From the NCBI GenBank assembly GCA_963803435.1, contig CAWDML010000009.1:1120001-1184000 (forward strand): a DNA stretch of 64,000 nt, written 5' to 3'. Made by a program: the position numbers and the translations under genes. The first letter of the stretch is position 1; every line of letters begins with the position of its first letter. Positions 60,003 to 64,000 of the stretch are shown one piece after another. The DNA is from an uncultured delta proteobacterium (GTDB taxonomy: Bacteria; Myxococcota; Kuafuiibacteriia; Kuafuiibacteriales; Kuafuiibacteriaceae). The notes under the pieces are model-generated. The model had not been told where the DNA came from. It saw only the letters and a list, made by a program, of their open reading frames with translations, and searched no databases.

Positions 60003-61826
60003 ATGGCCCAACCCGACGATTTTCCTACGGATCGGATCCGGAACTTCTCGATCATCGCCCACATCGATCACGGGAAGTCGACGCTCGCCGATCGGATCCT
60101 CCAGCGGACCGGCGCGCTCACCAACCGCGAGCTCGTCGATCAGTTCCTCGACAAGATGGATCTCGAGCGGGAGCGCGGCATCACGATCAAGGCGCAAGCG
60201 GTTCGGCTCAGCTACACGGCCAGCGACGGCGTCACCTATCAGCTGAACCTGATCGACACCCCGGGCCACGTCGACTTCACGTACGAGGTCTCCCGCTCGC
60301 TGTCCGCCTGCGAGGGCGCGCTCCTGGTGGTCGACGCCGCCCAGGGGGTCGAGGCGCAGACGCTCGCCAACGTCTACATGGCGATCGATCAGGACCTCGA
60401 GATCGTCCCGATCATCAACAAGATCGATCTGCCGACGGCCGCGCCCGAAGAGGTGAAGCAAGAGATCGAGGAGATCATCGGGCTGGACACCTCGAGCGCG
60501 GTCCTCTGCTCGGCCAAGACCGGCCAGGGCATCGACGAGGTCCTCGAGTCCGTGGTGCACTCGATGCTGCCGCCGGAGGGCGATGCCGATCAGCCCCTCC
60601 AGGCGCTCCTGATCGACTCCTGGTTCGATCCCTACCGCGGCGTGATCTGCCTGGTCCGCATCAAGAACGGCCGGATGCGCCTCCGGGATCGGATCGTGTT
60701 CGCCCAGCACCTCGACAAGACGTACGAGGTCCTCGAGATCGGCGCCTTCGCGCCGCACGCGACGCCCTTGCCTCAGCTGGGGCCCGGAGAGGTGGGCTTC
60801 TTCGCCGCCAGCGTGAAGGAGGTCCGGAACGCAAAGATCGGCGACACCGTCCTCTCCGCCGACCACACGGACACGCCCCGGCTGCCGGGCTTTCGCGACG
60901 TCAAGCCGATGGTGTTCGCGGGCTTCTTTCCCATCCAGAGCGTCGGCTACGACGCCCTGCGCGACTCGCTCGAGAAGCTCCGCCTGAACGACGCCAGCTT
61001 CTCGTTCGAGCCCGAGGTCTCCCAGGCCCTCGGCTTCGGCTTCCGCTGCGGCTTTCTCGGCCTGCTCCACATGACGATCATCCAGGAGCGACTCGAGCGC
61101 GAGTTCAACGCCGAGCTCATCACCACCAGCCCGACCACGATCTATCGGGTCACGCTGAGGGACGGGACCCACAAGAACATCGACAATCCGGCGATGCTTC
61201 CCGACGCCGGCGAGGTGGACGTCCTCGAGGAGCCGATGGTGGACGTGAAGATCCACACGCCCTCCGAGCACGTGGGGCCGATCCTCAAGCTGTGCGAGGA
61301 TCGTCGGGGCACGCAAAAAGGGCTCGACTACGTGACCAAGACCCGCGTCATGATCTCCTACGAGATGCCGTTCTCCGAGATCGTGTACGACTTCTTCGAC
61401 CGCCTGAAGTCGTGCAGCCGCGGCTACGCCTCCATGGACTACGAGCTGGCCGGTTACCGCGCCGCGCCGCTGGTCCGCCTCGACGTCCTGTTGAACGGGG
61501 AGAAGGTGGACGCGCTGTCGATCATCGTCCACCGCGACCGGGCGTACCAGCGCGGCAAGTCTCTCGTGAGAAAACTCCGCAAGATCATTCCCCGGCAGCA
61601 GTTCGACGTGGCGATCCAGGCGGCGATCGGGAGCCGCGTCATCTCGCGGGAAACCGTCAAGGCGTATCGAAAGGACGTGACCGCCAAGTGCTATGGTGGT
61701 GACATCACCCGGAAACGCAAATTGCTCGAGCGGCAGAAAGAGGGCAAGAAGCGTATGAAGCAGGTCGGCGCGGTCGAGGTGCCTCAGGAGGCGTTCCTCA
61801 CGGTGCTCAAGGTGGACGAGGAGTGA
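60003..61826 (+). CDS. lepA: Elongation factor 4
   Basis: [31 protein letters not shown] and [14 protein letters not shown]. Confidence 0.98.
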   Translation: MAQPDDFPTDRIRNFSIIAHIDHGKSTLADRILQRTGALTNRELVDQFLDKMDLERERGITIKAQAVRLSYTASDGVTYQLNLIDTPGHVDFTYEVSRSLSACEGALLVVDAAQGVEAQTLANVYMAIDQDLEIVPIINKIDLPTAAPEEVKQEIEEIIGLDTSSAVLCSAKTGQGIDEVLESVVHSMLPPEGDADQPLQALLIDSWFDPYRGVICLVRIKNGRMRLRDRIVFAQHLDKTYEVLEIGAFAPHATPLPQLGPGEVGFFAASVKEVRNAKIGDTVLSADHTDTPRLPGFRDVKPMVFAGFFPIQSVGYDALRDSLEKLRLNDASFSFEPEVSQALGFGFRCGFLGLLHMTIIQERLEREFNAELITTSPTTIYRVTLRDGTHKNIDNPAMLPDAGEVDVLEEPMVDVKIHTPSEHVGPILKLCEDRRGTQKGLDYVTKTRVMISYEMPFSEIVYDFFDRLKSCSRGYASMDYELAGYRAAPLVRLDVLLNGEKVDALSIIVHRDRAYQRGKSLVRKLRKIIPRQQFDVAIQAAIGSRVISRETVKAYRKDVTAKCYGGDITRKRKLLERQKEGKKRMKQVGAVEVPQEAFLTVLKVDEE

Positions 61827-62836
61827 GCAAGGCCCGACCCAAGACCGAACCTCCCGACAAGCGGACGATCAAGCGCGCCGAGCGGTTCCTCAAGGACGTC
61901 GAGAAGCTGCTCAAGAAGCACCAGGCGAAGGTCCCCGAGAAGGACAAGGAGAAGCTCCAGGCGGCGATGGAGGACGTGCGGCAGGCGCTGGCCGGCCAGA
62001 ACGACAAGAAGCGCCTCTCCACCTCGCTCAAGGATCTCGACGCCAAGGCCGAGCAGATCCTCGGTTTCGCCAAGAAGAGCACGCTCCGCGAGTATGCCGA
62101 GTCGATCGGCATCGCGATCCTGATCGCGGTGGTGCTGCGCGCGTTCGTGGTGGAGGCCTTCAAGATCCCCACCGGCTCGATGATCCCGACGCTCGAGGTC
62201 GGCGACCACATCTTCGTCAACAAGTTCATCTACGGCCTGCGCGTGCCCCTCACCAACGCCTGGTTCGTGCAGTGGAGCGTGCCGCAGCGCGGGGACGTGA
62301 TCGTGTTCCGCTACCCGCGGGACCTCTCCAAGGACTACATCAAGCGCGTGGTGGCCGTAGCCGGCGATCGGGTCCGGGTGGCCCACCGAGAGGTGTTCAT
62401 CAACGGAGCCAAGCTCGACCGAAAAGAGACGGATCCGTTCTCCTACGTGGAGGAGGGCGACGACGACATGCGGGCGGACTCGCCGGACGGCATCATCCGC
62501 CGGGCGATGGCCTTCGCCGAGAAGAGCCGGGGCACCGACCAGCTCTACACGGTCATCTACGACCACCACCCCGAGTTCTCTCGCGCGCCGTTCCCCAAAG
62601 GTGACATGCTGGCCGGTCTCGACTGCACGTACGACACACCCGGCTCTCAGGGGGACTGTCTCGTCCAGGAGGGCTACGTCTTCGTCATGGGGGACAACCG
62701 AGACAACAGCTCCGACAGCCGTGTCTGGGGCGGGGTGCCCGTCGACTACGTGAAGGGGAAAGCGATGTTCATCTGGTGGTCGCGAGGCCCGCGCTCCGGC
62801 GTCCGCCTGGAGCGCATCGGTATGCCGGTTCATTAG
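61823..62836 (+). CDS. lepB: Signal peptidase I
   Basis: [17 protein letters not shown] and [11 protein letters not shown]; overlaps the lepA stop. Confidence 0.95.
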   Translation: MSKARPKTEPPDKRTIKRAERFLKDVEKLLKKHQAKVPEKDKEKLQAAMEDVRQALAGQNDKKRLSTSLKDLDAKAEQILGFAKKSTLREYAESIGIAILIAVVLRAFVVEAFKIPTGSMIPTLEVGDHIFVNKFIYGLRVPLTNAWFVQWSVPQRGDVIVFRYPRDLSKDYIKRVVAVAGDRVRVAHREVFINGAKLDRKETDPFSYVEEGDDDMRADSPDGIIRRAMAFAEKSRGTDQLYTVIYDHHPEFSRAPFPKGDMLAGLDCTYDTPGSQGDCLVQEGYVFVMGDNRDNSSDSRVWGGVPVDYVKGKAMFIWWSRGPRSGVRLERIGMPVH

Positions 62837-62889
62837 CCACGGAATTTTCGCTTTGACTTGGGGCCTTTGCTGGCCCATATCCCCGCTCG

Positions 62890-63438
62890 GTGGCGGACCG
62901 GAAGGAAGTGCGCCTGGCCGGCGCGGGCAATCACGGGATGATCGAGGCCGGCCTCATTCTCCAGGAGGCCGCCGCGATCTACGACGATAAGAACGCGCAC
63001 CACGTCCAGAGCTATGGGCCGGAGGCGCGGAGCAACGCCGCCCGCTCCGAGGTGATCATCTCGGACGGCGACATCGACTATCCCAAGGCCACGCAGCTCG
63101 ACGTCTTCCTCGCCACCACGCAAGAGGCCGTCGAGCGTTACGCCGGCGATCTCAAGCCGGACGGCGTGCTGATCGTGGACCAGGACGTGGAGTATTCGGG
63201 ACAGGTCCCCGCGAAGACGTATCGCGTGCCGCTCCTCGAGACCTGCGACCAGCGCCTGCAGAAGGCGGGTCTCATCCACGTGGTGGCGCTCGGGGTGCTG
63301 GTCGAGTTCTCGGACGTCGTCACCAAGCCCGCGATCGAAGCCGCCGTGCAGGACCACGTTCCGCGCGGGGGCGAAGATCTCTACATGGAAGCGCTTCGGA
63401 TCGGGTACGAGCTCGGCAAGAAGGCGCGAGAGAGCTGA
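62890..63438 (+). CDS. 2-oxoacid:acceptor oxidoreductase gamma-subunit-like protein
   Basis: [32 protein letters not shown]. Confidence 0.82.
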   Translation: MADRKEVRLAGAGNHGMIEAGLILQEAAAIYDDKNAHHVQSYGPEARSNAARSEVIISDGDIDYPKATQLDVFLATTQEAVERYAGDLKPDGVLIVDQDVEYSGQVPAKTYRVPLLETCDQRLQKAGLIHVVALGVLVEFSDVVTKPAIEAAVQDHVPRGGEDLYMEALRIGYELGKKARES

Positions 63439-63448
63439 GAGAGGAACC

Positions 63449-63868
63449 ATGGCCAACGAGCGAACACTGAGCATCATCAAGCCGGACGCCGTGAAGAAGG
63501 GCGCCATCGGACCGATCCTGTCGATGCTCGAGGGTGCGGGGCTCCGGATCGCCGCCACGCGCATGCTGCAGCTGAGCGAGGCGCAGGCCCGCGCGTTCTA
63601 CGCGGTCCATCGCGAGCGCCCCTTCTACGCCAGCCTGGTCGAGTTCATGACCAGCGGCCCGGTGGTGGTGTCGGTGCTCGAGGGCGAAAACGCGATCGCC
63701 AAGAACCGCGAGGTCATGGGCGCCACCAATCCGGCGCAGGCCGCCGAGGGCACCATCCGCAAGCGCTTCGCGGCGAACATCGAGCAGAACGCCGTCCACG
63801 GCTCCGACGCTGCCGATACGGCCAAGGTCGAAGTGGCGTTCTTCTTCGCCGCCAGCGAGATATTCTGA
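63449..63868 (+). CDS. ndk: Nucleoside diphosphate kinase
   Basis: [12 protein letters not shown] and NAVHGSD. Confidence 0.97.
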   Translation: MANERTLSIIKPDAVKKGAIGPILSMLEGAGLRIAATRMLQLSEAQARAFYAVHRERPFYASLVEFMTSGPVVVSVLEGENAIAKNREVMGATNPAQAAEGTIRKRFAANIEQNAVHGSDAADTAKVEVAFFFAASEIF

Positions 63869-63873
63869 TCGAC

Positions 63874-64000
63874 GTGTCCGACGACCTGCGCGCCATGGGC
63901 GAGCCGGAGCTCGCGGCCCTGGTCGCCGAGCTGGGAGAGCCGGCCTATCGCGCGCAGCAGATCTTCCGCTGGGTGCACCAGCGTGCGGTTCGCTCGATCG
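63874..64000 (+). CDS. rlmN: 23S rRNA A2503 methyltransferase, N-terminal fragment (runs off the window)
   Basis: ELAALVAELGEPAYRAQQIFRWVHQR; conserved ndk-rlmN gene order. Confidence 0.8.
   Translation, partial: MSDDLRAMGEPELAALVAELGEPAYRAQQIFRWVHQRAVRSI

Noticed and set aside
1-64000. Apparent abundance of CGATCG/GCGATCGC as a HIP1-like repeat
   Set aside because: Readily explained by GCG-ATC-G codon pairs; a codon-controlled count is needed and could not be run

Overview
High-GC (visually about 70%) chromosomal segment. Gene content points to a Myxococcota/deltaproteobacterial genome: a FrzS-like pseudo-receiver, a myxosortase-like CPBP protease, and Cys-repeat GCxC lipoproteins. About 50 CDS; no rRNA, tRNA, CRISPR array or mobile element was recognised. 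Housekeeping genes are hemF, a divergent EF-G paralogue, coaX, serA, lepA-lepB, ndk and partial rlmN. There are two partial complex I clusters (nuoABCDHI and nuoABC) and a large set of secreted and outer-membrane proteins. Main highlights: (1) a tightly packed five-gene operon encoding a VolA/Pla-1-type surface lipase, a FadL channel, a paralogous lipase with its catalytic triad apparently lost, and two further lipoproteins; (2) a NuoI carrying an extra RnfB-type Fe-S domain next to a NuoH with a four-helix insertion, in a cluster lacking nuoEFG; (3) FlgP/LPP20-like, FlgT-like and FecR genes with no flagellar genes nearby; (4) a degenerate trypsin coupled to a myxosortase-like protease; (5) a peptidase-propeller-Omp85 fusion. 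Nine single-base frameshifts break otherwise intact genes, and seven lie at GATC sites, which suggests methylation-related long-read errors rather than pseudogenes. All family assignments come from motif recognition by eye; no database search was run.
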